Positions 8,729 through 18,174 of a stretch of 42,409 bases of DNA are shown here, one piece after another. The stretch's first letter is position 1; each line of letters opens with the position of its first letter. The stretch is taken from positions 1 through 42,409 of the forward strand of contig JADFMT010000002.1 in the NCBI GenBank assembly GCA_022563755.1, read 5' to 3'. The notes beneath the pieces were generated by a model. That model was not told the origin of the DNA and did not search any database. It was given only the letters and a program-made list of their open reading frames with translations. Both the position numbers and the translations under genes were made by a program. The stretch is from Patescibacteria group bacterium. Its GTDB lineage: Bacteria; Patescibacteriota; Minisyncoccia; HO2-45-28.

Positions 8729-9769
8729 TTATTTATATAATTCTGTATTTGGGTGAGCTGAGGCCCAACTAAACCAAAAAGATGAGAAGGGATTGATGCG
8801 CTCCTCATCGCCGTCCGGTAATTTTTTAAACATTCTTACGACATCAAGCGTCTGGTCGTAGCGTAATACAATATCTGTATCTTCAAATTTATCTTCCACG
8901 ATCCCCTTTTCTTTTACTGCCTCAATGCTGTATGCTTTTGCCTTGTCCGCAATGACAATGCCAAATACAAATGCATCATTTGGCAGGCGGGTATCGGTAG
9001 GTTTCGCAAGTGATAAAGAAAGATTGGTTACGGAAAAATAATCTCCGTAAGGACTTGATCCGTAAAAACGCGTAGCGCCCGTGTCGCGCGACAGCACCTC
9101 ACCGGCAGGGAATGCTTTTTTCCAATTGCCGTAGCGTATTTGATCTGACGGAAGTGTAGCAAGCTTTGTTCCGGTCATCTCGCCAATCACCGCCTCCCCT
9201 AATACTTGTGGCCACAAGCTATCGGTTTTACGATCATACATTACAAGATTTGCTTTCCATAATTTTCCTGATGTTCCAAACTCCACGCGCTCACCTTTTA
9301 CGCTCGGATCAAAGACAAACCCCGTAAGACAAAGTGGACAGTACGTAACTAAAATGCGTTCCCCCTCAACAGTATCATTTACAATCTCATGCCAAACAAG
9401 AATTTGATAAGGATAAAAGCGATGTGTGGTGCCTCTAGAAAACGCGATGCCTGGTTCTTCATCATTCAACCACTGGCTTGCATCTTCAATAGAGATAAAT
9501 TTTGGATTATCAATGGATGGGATGCCATCTTTAGGAGGACCTCCGCCCACAAGTTCATTTAAAGGAATGCTATGTTTTACGCCGTCGGTGATCATAATCT
9601 CTTTTGTGATTAAATCTTGTGTTTCCCTGTCGCCAGATATGACAATCGTTTCTTTTTTTGTCTCGCCGTCCCGCGGCAAATTAAAATCATCACGAAAGAA
9701 TCCTTGCCAAGCCAGAAATCCAAGAATGAATATAACGATAATACCGAGAAGCAGTGAATTAATTTTCAT
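8729..9769 (-). CDS. DUF3179-like exported protein
   Basis: GGPPKDGIPSIDNPKF, WHEIVND, YCPLC, FGTSGKL, FWFSW...HP. Confidence 0.85.
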   Translation of the reverse strand: MKINSLLLGIIVIFILGFLAWQGFFRDDFNLPRDGETKKETIVISGDRETQDLITKEIMITDGVKHSIPLNELVGGGPPKDGIPSIDNPKFISIEDASQWLNDEEPGIAFSRGTTHRFYPYQILVWHEIVNDTVEGERILVTYCPLCLTGFVFDPSVKGERVEFGTSGKLWKANLVMYDRKTDSLWPQVLGEAVIGEMTGTKLATLPSDQIRYGNWKKAFPAGEVLSRDTGATRFYGSSPYGDYFSVTNLSLSLAKPTDTRLPNDAFVFGIVIADKAKAYSIEAVKEKGIVEDKFEDTDIVLRYDQTLDVVRMFKKLPDGDEERINPFSSFWFSWASAHPNTELYK

Positions 9770-9965
9770 GGAGCTCCCAAGATTCTAGACCTTTTTTAAA
9801 CCAGCGTTTTCCCATGCATTTCAGACAGTCCGGAAACTTCGTGCCCTGCTTCAAATATTTTCGATAGCCGCACGGAACACAAACGTAAAAATCGTCCTTT
9901 TCTACCGTGCACCCGACGCGATATGTAGGGTTTTTGACGCCAAAAATTTTTCCGGGTATAAACAT
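9759..9965 (-). CDS. Small zinc-ribbon protein
   Basis: YVCVPCG...FPDCLKC (two CxxC); fits the operon spacing. Confidence 0.7.
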   Translation of the reverse strand: MFIPGKIFGVKNPTYRVGCTVEKDDFYVCVPCGYRKYLKQGTKFPDCLKCMGKRWFKKGLESWELHEN

Positions 9966-9973
9966 AACTAACT

Positions 9974-10210
9974 TTATTTAATACCAATAAGCTGGGTCAA
10001 TTTTTCTTTGTCAAAACCAACCACCAGATTGCCGTCCACATCCGTAACCGGAACGCCCATTTGTCCGGATTTTTTAATCATTTCGTCTCGGGCTGCCGCA
10101 TCGGTGGATACATCTTTTTCTGTATACTCAACATTATTTTCCTTTAAAAACTCCTTGGTCATCTTACAATAGACGCACGTTGGAGTGGTATAGATTGTTA
10201 CATTTGCCAT
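9974..10210 (-). CDS. Glutaredoxin/NrdH-redoxin
   Basis: YTTPTCVYC, GQMGVPV, VGFD. Confidence 0.93.
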   Translation of the reverse strand: MANVTIYTTPTCVYCKMTKEFLKENNVEYTEKDVSTDAAARDEMIKKSGQMGVPVTDVDGNLVVGFDKEKLTQLIGIK

Positions 10211-10225
10211 TATAGTAATAGACTT

Positions 10226-10552
10226 TTAAGTTGATAATTTAGCTCCGACCAATTTAATAATTGATTTTACAACAGGATCATTATTTTTAATTTTATAACA
10301 AATCATCTGCCCAAGGCGCTCCCTTTGGATTAAGCCACACATTTCAAGCATTCTTAGTTGATGAGATGCCGCCGGAACCGAAATCCCAAATATATTAGCC
10401 ACCTCAGTAACGCATAAACCCGTATGTTGGGTAAGCAGCTTAAACATCCGAAATCGGCCGGGGTCGCTGAGTGCTGTAAATACCCGGGGAAGCTTTTCGT
10501 TTTCATGAAGCGTTCCCTGCTTTATTTTTGTGATTCGCTCTTTCGTAAGCAT
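10226..10552 (-). CDS. ArsR/SmtB family transcriptional regulator
   Basis: FTALSDPGR, LCVTEVA, SHQLRML..GLI..ER.G; ATG at 10552 preferred over TTG at 10576. Confidence 0.9.
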   Translation of the reverse strand: MLTKERITKIKQGTLHENEKLPRVFTALSDPGRFRMFKLLTQHTGLCVTEVANIFGISVPAASHQLRMLEMCGLIQRERLGQMICYKIKNNDPVVKSIIKLVGAKLST

Positions 10553-10591
10553 CTGAGAGTTTCGATAGTTAAACAATTAAGCAATATTTTA

Positions 10592-10621
10592 AGTATAGTC
10601 TTTGCGCAGAAAGCCTGTCAA
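10592..10621 (-). promoter_or_regulatory. sigma70-type promoter of the ArsR-redox operon
   Basis: TTGACA (10616-10621), 18 nt, TATACT (10592-10597) on the minus strand; TTAA-N8-TTAA at 10577-10592 is a possible operator. Confidence 0.6.
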
Positions 10622-10639
10622 GTATCCCTGTGGATAGAC

Positions 10640-10674
10640 CCCAAACGTCTCGATGTGACATCGAGACGTTTGGG
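10640..10674. repeat. Perfect 17-bp-arm palindrome downstream of tRNA-Ala
   Basis: cccaaacgtctcgatgt-g-acatcgagacgtttggg. Confidence 0.75.
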
Positions 10675-10746
10675 TATTGTGGACCCTACGTCGTTGAGAC
10701 TTCTCAGGATCCTACAAAAATATAGTCGCTTCGTTCCTTATTTTTG

Positions 10747-10819
10747 TGGACCTGACCGGATTTGAACCGGTAACCTTCCGCGTGCAAGGCGGATGCTCTA
10801 GCCATTGAGCTACAGGCCC
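10747..10819 (-). tRNA. tRNA-Ala(TGC)
   Basis: GGGCCTGTAGCTCAATGGCTAGAGCATCCGCCTTGCACGCGGAAGGTTACCGGTTCAAATCCGGTCAGGTCCA; cloverleaf, G3:U70 pair, CCA not encoded. Confidence 0.97.
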
Positions 10820-10859
10820 ATTGCCGGATTTCATTATGTATTGTATATTAAAATCCACG

Positions 10860-11495
10860 ATGGCTCAAGGTGCTTTTTATAAATTCATTCGCGAATTCAC
10901 AAAGCCGTATAATCTCGCTTTCATAATTTTTTGGTTGCTGTTTCTTTTTATCTGGGGCTATCTTTGGCAAGATGGCCAGCTTTTTGGTAAAGCATGGTGG
11001 TTTGATACGCTGGGACATGCGGTTTTTGGATTTTTCGGAGCATTCACACTTCTCTATCTTTTACGTGTTTATGCGATTAAAGGGATTTTTGTATTTGCCG
11101 GCAGAGTTTTTCTTAGCGTTTTTATTATCGCGATTATTACGATCCTCGGGGTTTTTTGGGAAGCAGGAGAGCTTTTCTGGGACCTAACGCTGCAACTCGA
11201 TTATTTTAATTGGATCGCAAAAGCGCAAAAAGACTCCATTGACACAACAGCTGATATCCTGACGAATACCGGGTTTGCGTTTTTTGCGATGCTTTTCTAT
11301 GGACTCTATAATAAATGGTACGAAAAATATTACCCGAACGAATATGAAAAAGAAGAAATTACTAAGATGAAAACAAAAATTGCCAGGTTCAGTAAAGATA
11401 TCCGTAAGCAGCGCCGAAGATATTTCAAAAAGGAGATGAAACCCGCTCTTAAAGAGCTCGTGGAAAATATAAAAGAGAAAACAAAAAGAACTTAG
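10860..11495 (+). CDS. Membrane protein, VanZ/DUF2238-like, with C-terminal coiled coil
   Basis: About 4 TM helices with D.LGH, WE..E and DT..DIL.N motifs; ATG at 10860 preferred. Confidence 0.65.
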   Translation: MAQGAFYKFIREFTKPYNLAFIIFWLLFLFIWGYLWQDGQLFGKAWWFDTLGHAVFGFFGAFTLLYLLRVYAIKGIFVFAGRVFLSVFIIAIITILGVFWEAGELFWDLTLQLDYFNWIAKAQKDSIDTTADILTNTGFAFFAMLFYGLYNKWYEKYYPNEYEKEEITKMKTKIARFSKDIRKQRRRYFKKEMKPALKELVENIKEKTKRT

Positions 11496-12457
11496 CGTAG
11501 GGCGAGCGTTATAAGGTGATCTAATAGTTCTGGAAATTCTAACCCGATCGCAGCTGCTGCTTTTGGCGCTAAAGACTGAGACGTAAGACCGGGCAAAGTA
11601 TTTAGCTCGAGAATATAAACTTTGTTATCTGGCGAGACAATAAAATCTGAACGAGAATAATGGCGGCAGCCGAGCGATGCGTGGGCCGCAATGGCTGCTT
11701 TTTGAATTTTATCACGGACGTCCACGCTAAATCTTCCCGGGCAGATCTCCTGGGTTGAACCATCATACTTACATTCATAGTCAAAAAAAGATTTTTTAGG
11801 GGGTGGAATAATCTCTATTACGGGAAAGGTATAGTGCTTCTCGCCTCGAAAATCTTCAAGCAATGCGCAGGTTGCTTCCCGTCCTTCAATATATTTTTCA
11901 ACTAAAACTTCTTTATCGCAACGAAAAGCGTTCTCCATCCCAAGAACAAGTTCATAAATATTTTTTGCGTGTGTCACGCCTATCGAGGAACCGCGGCTTG
12001 CGGGTTTGACAACCAACGGCAAACTCATGCGGCGAATCGCTTCTGCTGCAAATATAGAAATATCATCACCTTTTTTAACAATCAACGTTGGCGGTATGTG
12101 AATGCCAGCAAGTTTGAAAATCTCGCGAGCGAGGCGTTTTTGCATTGCAACCGCCGATGCGGCTGTGCCTGAACCGGTATACTTAATGGCGTGGCGTTCC
12201 AAAAGCCGTTGGATCATGCCATCCTCTCCGTATTCGCCGTGCAAAGCATTAAAAATAACATCCACCACCCGAAAAACCTTTTCTGGCGAAACCACGATGC
12301 CAGAAAGATGCCATGCACCGTCCTTATCAATTAAAACATCAATAGGTTCGTAGCGATTACGATCCAGTGCTTGCAAAACCGCCTTACCGGTTTCAAGCGA
12401 TACTTCGTATTCTGATGACGGTCCGCCTCGCACTACTCCCACTTTAATTTTCGCCAT
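11492..12457 (-). CDS. ddl: D-alanine--D-alanine ligase
   Basis: GGPSSEYEVSL, ALHGEYGEDG, GSSIG, FDYECKY, ELNTLPG. True start is ATG 12457 (MAKIKV); the ORF-track extension overlaps the upstream gene. Confidence 0.96.
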   Translation of the reverse strand: MAKIKVGVVRGGPSSEYEVSLETGKAVLQALDRNRYEPIDVLIDKDGAWHLSGIVVSPEKVFRVVDVIFNALHGEYGEDGMIQRLLERHAIKYTGSGTAASAVAMQKRLAREIFKLAGIHIPPTLIVKKGDDISIFAAEAIRRMSLPLVVKPASRGSSIGVTHAKNIYELVLGMENAFRCDKEVLVEKYIEGREATCALLEDFRGEKHYTFPVIEIIPPPKKSFFDYECKYDGSTQEICPGRFSVDVRDKIQKAAIAAHASLGCRHYSRSDFIVSPDNKVYILELNTLPGLTSQSLAPKAAAAIGLEFPELLDHLITLALR

Positions 12458-12533
12458 TGTTTTTATTATATCTCGTCTTTGTATGAAATAAAAACACCCC
12501 GACATCGATTGAGGGGTGTTAAAATTGCGTATA

Positions 12534-13163
12534 TTAAAGTTCGAGCCCGATTTGTTGAAAAATACACTCGCAGGCTTTATCAAACATCTCAGGTTTTGTT
12601 AGGTGTGTCGTGTTAATTGATGAAACCGGATTTTTCTTTTGTTGCATTTCTTCAAAGCTTTCACTAAAAATGCCGATCAATTCATGAATAGTTCGTTCGT
12701 TTGCATAATTCCCCTCTTTACTGGGAAATTTGGTTGGAGCATCTTTGCGCGCTCGCGCCATTGCTTCTTCTGGTTCACAAAAGACATAAAGACACGCGCT
12801 GATATTTTTTAACCACTGAATATCAGTAAAAAAACTTTGAAAACGTACTCTTTTTTCTTTTGTTAACTTCCCACGTCTTTCCCAAAATAGCATCCATGCG
12901 TGAGCGTCATAAAGAGCGCGATCCAGCAAAATAAAAACACGGTCGCCAATGGTGCTAAAACCCTGGATAACATTCTGCATTGCGTAACAGCCCGTGAGAA
13001 CATTATACATCGGAATTTCTCTTGATACGGTTCGAAATACTTCAGCACCCTCTTGAGGACGCATAACGGTAAAACCATTGTGTCGCAAAAGGCTGTCTAT
13101 GCCTCCAATAAGAGTTGTCTTACCGGAAGTTGGGGAACCAGTAAATTCTATAATGGTTGGCAT
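12534..13163 (-). CDS. P-loop nucleoside/nucleotide kinase (thymidylate/deoxynucleoside-kinase-like)
   Basis: IIEFTGSPTSGKTT and LLDRALYD motifs; AAGGAG 7 nt upstream. Confidence 0.65.
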   Translation of the reverse strand: MPTIIEFTGSPTSGKTTLIGGIDSLLRHNGFTVMRPQEGAEVFRTVSREIPMYNVLTGCYAMQNVIQGFSTIGDRVFILLDRALYDAHAWMLFWERRGKLTKEKRVRFQSFFTDIQWLKNISACLYVFCEPEEAMARARKDAPTKFPSKEGNYANERTIHELIGIFSESFEEMQQKKNPVSSINTTHLTKPEMFDKACECIFQQIGLEL

Positions 13164-13209
13164 CTCAAATCTCCTTGTAAAAGAAAATGTATTTGTCTAA
13201 AATACTAGC

Positions 13210-13830
13210 ATGCCAAATAGCCTCAAAATAGGCCTGGATTTAGATGGCGTCATTATTGACCACACGTCAAATAAGATTCAAAAAGCAAAAGAATTAGGAT
13301 ACGACATCATGCCCGAAGAAACGCATGGACGAATTTTGAAAAGGATTTTGAGCGATTCCGAGTATCGCGGGCTGCAACACTATATTTATGGAGAAGTATC
13401 TTTAACCGCTTCGGCCGTTGAGGGAGCTTTAGACGCAATAAAAAATCTATCGCAAAACCACTGTCTTTTTATTGTTTCCCGAAGAAACCTGGACGATGGT
13501 GGTAATGTGCTGGGGATGCGTTGGCTCGAGCAACATCGTGTTTTAACATACATGCCCAAAGAAAACGTCTTTTTTGTTCCGCACGATGAATCCGGGTCTA
13601 AAGAAAAAATTGCAAAAAGAATCGGTATTGAAATATTCTTGGACGATAAATTAAGCATGCTAAAAGAATTAGAGTCTGTAAAAACGCGCGTTTTGCTTGA
13701 TGTGCATGATGCGTATCCGTTGCCTCTGCCGTCCGAGATTTTAAAAATAAAAAAATGGCAGGAATTCACTGCCATGATCAAAACAATTGAAGAAATATCC
13801 AAAAATCGCTATAATATTTCACGGCTTTGA
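13210..13830 (+). CDS. HAD-superfamily phosphatase, 5'(3')-deoxyribonucleotidase-like
   Basis: IGLDLDGVI motif I, IVSRR motif II, K...FLDD motifs III/IV. Confidence 0.75.
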   Translation: MPNSLKIGLDLDGVIIDHTSNKIQKAKELGYDIMPEETHGRILKRILSDSEYRGLQHYIYGEVSLTASAVEGALDAIKNLSQNHCLFIVSRRNLDDGGNVLGMRWLEQHRVLTYMPKENVFFVPHDESGSKEKIAKRIGIEIFLDDKLSMLKELESVKTRVLLDVHDAYPLPLPSEILKIKKWQEFTAMIKTIEEISKNRYNISRL

Positions 13831-13855
13831 CACGGAAAAGCGAAAACGCTACTAT
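13827..13855 (+). promoter_or_regulatory. sigma70-type promoter
   Basis: TTGACA, 17 nt, TACTAT. Confidence 0.6.
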
Positions 13856-13893
13856 AGGACAAAATCACGAACCTTTAAAAGAAGGAGTTGCGC

Positions 13894-14487
13894 ATGATTC
13901 GAGTAGCTATTGTTGGCGCAGCAGGGACCGGTAAAGATACCCTTGCGCGTCTTCTTTCAACAGAGCTCATACGATATTCTCCTCTAAAGGGAAAATTGTG
14001 CAAAGTTAGACAAATTCAAGAATTTTCCGTGCTGTGGGTGGATAAAACAGGAGGAACAAAAGAAGTCTTCGAGCAAGCTTTTATATTCAATGAGCAACGG
14101 CGATGGGATCATGATTATGATACACGCAAGAAAGACCAATACACTATCATTATCGGTGCCGCTCCGGCCTCTCTCGCCTATTTTTATGCCCTTGCTTTTG
14201 TAGACATCAAAAATTATAAACACCGACTTCTCTTGGTAAACCTGTATGAAAAGGCGATCAGCGAATTTTTAATGCATGACGAAATCTTCTACCTCCCCAT
14301 CGAGTTCGAAGTTCCTGCAGGTGACAGACTAAGAAATCCGAGCACCCGGATTTTTATAGATAGAGCCCTGCATTCCATGCTCATGAGTCACAAAATTCCA
14401 TTTACAAAAATTGACGGATCAGAAAATAAGAGAACGGATACGGCGTTTCGGATTATCAAAAAACGCATTGCGGAGAAAACCAACTAA
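13894..14487 (+). CDS. NadR-like/AAA_28-type P-loop kinase
   Basis: VAIVGAAGTGKDT, IFYLPIEF...D..R, IPF..I.GS...R; ATG 13894 has AAGGAG 6 nt upstream. Confidence 0.7.
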   Translation: MIRVAIVGAAGTGKDTLARLLSTELIRYSPLKGKLCKVRQIQEFSVLWVDKTGGTKEVFEQAFIFNEQRRWDHDYDTRKKDQYTIIIGAAPASLAYFYALAFVDIKNYKHRLLLVNLYEKAISEFLMHDEIFYLPIEFEVPAGDRLRNPSTRIFIDRALHSMLMSHKIPFTKIDGSENKRTDTAFRIIKKRIAEKTN

Positions 14488-14517
14488 AATAGTTCTGACT
14501 TGTTAAACTTTAATTAG

Positions 14518-14548
14518 ATGCCATCCACGGATGGCATTTTATTTTTTT
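14518..14548 (+). terminator. Rho-independent terminator
   Basis: atgccatc-cacg-gatggcat followed by a T tract. Confidence 0.75.
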
Positions 14549-14603
14549 ACTTAAATTTTGCGTCCTTGAAAAAAGCCGGAAATTACGCATAATTAGCTCT
14601 ATT

Positions 14604-14675
14604 GGGCGTATAGCTCAGTGGTAGAGCGCAGCTCTGATAAAGCTGAGGTCGAAGGTTCGATCCCTTCTACGCCCA
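14604..14675 (+). tRNA. tRNA-Ile(GAT)
   Basis: gggcgtatagctcagtggtagagcgcagctctgataaagctgaggtcgaaggttcgatcccttctacgccca; probable promoter TTGAAA-16-CATAAT at 14566-14593. Confidence 0.97.
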
Positions 14676-14683
14676 CATATACC

Positions 14684-14713
14684 AAAAAACCCCTTGAGTT
14701 TGAGGGGTTTTTT
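14684..14713. terminator. Bidirectional terminator
   Basis: aaaaaacccctt...gaggggtttttt between convergent tRNA-Ile and the small CDS. Confidence 0.8.
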
Positions 14714-14757
14714 GCTTAAAAAAAGCTTTTCTTATGTACCTTTTCTCCTGACAAGAA

Positions 14758-14940
14758 CTATTTAGCCTTACCGAGAATTCGGGTTATCTTCGTGCCGCAC
14801 CGCGGACACGTTCCTTGAGCCGCCCGCATCTGCGCCTTCCCCTTCATAATGATTTCTTTTGGATTCTGCATGGTTACGTCCTTCTTTCTGCACTTAACAC
14901 AATAGCCTTTATACTCTTCATCTAACTCTTTACCTGCCAT
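14758..14940 (-). CDS. Small zinc-binding protein, DUF5679-like
   Basis: YCVKCRKK...M.NPKE..MK...GTCPRCGTK..RI; upstream TGgTATAAT. Confidence 0.8.
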   Translation of the reverse strand: MAGKELDEEYKGYCVKCRKKDVTMQNPKEIIMKGKAQMRAAQGTCPRCGTKITRILGKAK

Positions 14941-15154
14941 AAATTTTCAGCTAACGGCTAATAATTTCGACATCTCTATTATACCAGAATGAGCTTTATT
15001 TTGTCCCGTTCAGCCCCGCGCGCAATGTGAATTACGACGTATGGGGTCTTTTGGCCTCAATTTGAAGACTCCGAGGCCAACACCTTCGCCCAACCAGAGT
15101 TGGGACCGACCTAACTGTTCCGTCTTGTTGCGTTTTGCAAAAAGCGGGAAAGTT

Positions 15155-16679
<1,525 letters not shown>

Positions 16680-16880
16680 ACTGTTAAAATTTTCCGAAGA
16701 AAATTTGTTACAATTTTTTGACCTCACCCTCTATGCATATGAATAAAATTATTCTCTAGCTTAGAAAGTAAAGTACTAAGTTTTGCGACTCCGACGTAAT
16801 ATCGGATGCAAAACTTGAACGAGACAAAATAAAACTCACACTCTATTTATAATTTCAAGGTTCGTTGGCTTCTAAATACA

Positions 16881-16914
16881 GCCGCGATTGTCTCCTTAAA
16901 GAGACAATCGCGGC
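16881..16914. other. Perfect 14-bp hairpin in the 16S leader
   Basis: gccgcgattgtctc-cttaaa-gagacaatcgcggc. Confidence 0.6.
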
Positions 16915-17008
16915 CATACCGAATTAATTTTTAATAAAATTTTTACGGTGTCTCTGTTCCTCCAAACGTATTTTTATGTATTATTCCAATAATCATCTAC
17001 CTGTTTCT

Positions 17009-17036
17009 ATTATACGTCCTCAAATATCACTGTCAA
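17009..17036 (-). promoter_or_regulatory. rRNA promoter (consensus sigma70) with adjacent DnaA box
   Basis: TTGACA (17031-17036), 16 nt, TATAAT (17009-17014), overlapping the end of the GH1 gene; TTATCCACA at 17042-17050. Confidence 0.8.
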
Positions 17037-18168
17037 GGCCGTTATCCACAGCGATATTTTTGTATTCATAAGCGCTTGGACGAATTTTACGCTGCATTGT
17101 CTTGTAATCAACCTCAACAAGCCCAAATCGCGGCAAAAAGCCTTTATCCCATTCAAAATTATCCAAAAGCGACCAATAGAAATATCCCCGTACATCAACG
17201 CCGTTTTCTATCGCCTTACGAACCCAGCGAAGATGGTCGCGAATGAAAGCCGCTCGCTTTTCGTCTTTCGCATCCGCAATTCCGTTTTCCATAATATAAA
17301 TCGGTTTTTTATATTTGTATAAATCTTCTAGAACATGATAAATCCCTTCCGGATAAATCTCCCAGCCCATGTCTGAGATAACTTTATTTTCATTTTGATT
17401 GAACCTTAAACCCTGAATGCGGCTGTGAAAATAATAATTAAGGCCGATAAAATCCTGATGGTTTTTAATGTGATCTAAAAATCTGAAATTCCACCACCAA
17501 TCGGCAGCATGTTGAAGCAGCGCATTGATTCCTCTCCCCTCAAAATAGATATTATTTTTTGCGATGCCTACTTGCAGGTTTGAGTTTATCTTTTTTATTA
17601 CTTGATACGCCTGGATGTGTGCGTCCCTTAAATTTTTCAATATATCGATATATTGATATATTGATTTCTTTTGAGGCGGCCAAGTTCCTTTCAGATACGC
17701 ATTTGTTGCATAAAAGAGCGGTTCATTAAGGGTTATCCAAAATAACACGTCGCGGGAAAGTTCTTTAACAATCCTTTCTGCAAATCTGCTGAAATAAAAA
17801 CTAAATTTCTTATTTTTTAGTCCGCCTTTCTCTTGAAGCCATAGCGGAATCGTCCAATGCCAAAGTGTTACAAACGGTTCAAGATCGCGTTCGCGAAGCG
17901 CTTGTGTTACTTCTCGATAATGCTCAATTTCTTTTTCATTAAATTTGCCTTCCTCGGTCTCAATGCGCGCCCATTCAATAGACAACCGATGCGCATTGTG
18001 TCCCAAAGATTTAGCGATGCCAAAATCTTCTTGAAAACGACTGTAATGATCACATGCCCTGCCAGCATCGAAAACAGACGACCAGTTATTTTTTATCCCG
18101 CCTTCAACTTGATAAGCGCTGGTTGAAGCGCCCCAATAGAAATTTTTTGGAAAGTTAGGTTTGGACAT
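17020..18168 (-). CDS. Glycoside hydrolase family 1 (beta-glucosidase-like)
   Basis: FP.NFYWGASTSAYQVEG, TLNEP acid/base, IMENG nucleophile, WSLLDNFEW. Confidence 0.95.
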   Translation of the reverse strand: MSKPNFPKNFYWGASTSAYQVEGGIKNNWSSVFDAGRACDHYSRFQEDFGIAKSLGHNAHRLSIEWARIETEEGKFNEKEIEHYREVTQALRERDLEPFVTLWHWTIPLWLQEKGGLKNKKFSFYFSRFAERIVKELSRDVLFWITLNEPLFYATNAYLKGTWPPQKKSIYQYIDILKNLRDAHIQAYQVIKKINSNLQVGIAKNNIYFEGRGINALLQHAADWWWNFRFLDHIKNHQDFIGLNYYFHSRIQGLRFNQNENKVISDMGWEIYPEGIYHVLEDLYKYKKPIYIMENGIADAKDEKRAAFIRDHLRWVRKAIENGVDVRGYFYWSLLDNFEWDKGFLPRFGLVEVDYKTMQRKIRPSAYEYKNIAVDNGLDSDI

Positions 18169-18174
18169 TAGAAA

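Noticed and set aside
15001..15150. Separate ncRNA downstream of the 16S (hairpins ttggcctc/gaggccaa and cccaac/gttggg)
   Set aside because: No recognisable tRNA, 5S, SRP or tmRNA motif; most simply the rRNA 3' trailer. An Rfam search would settle it.
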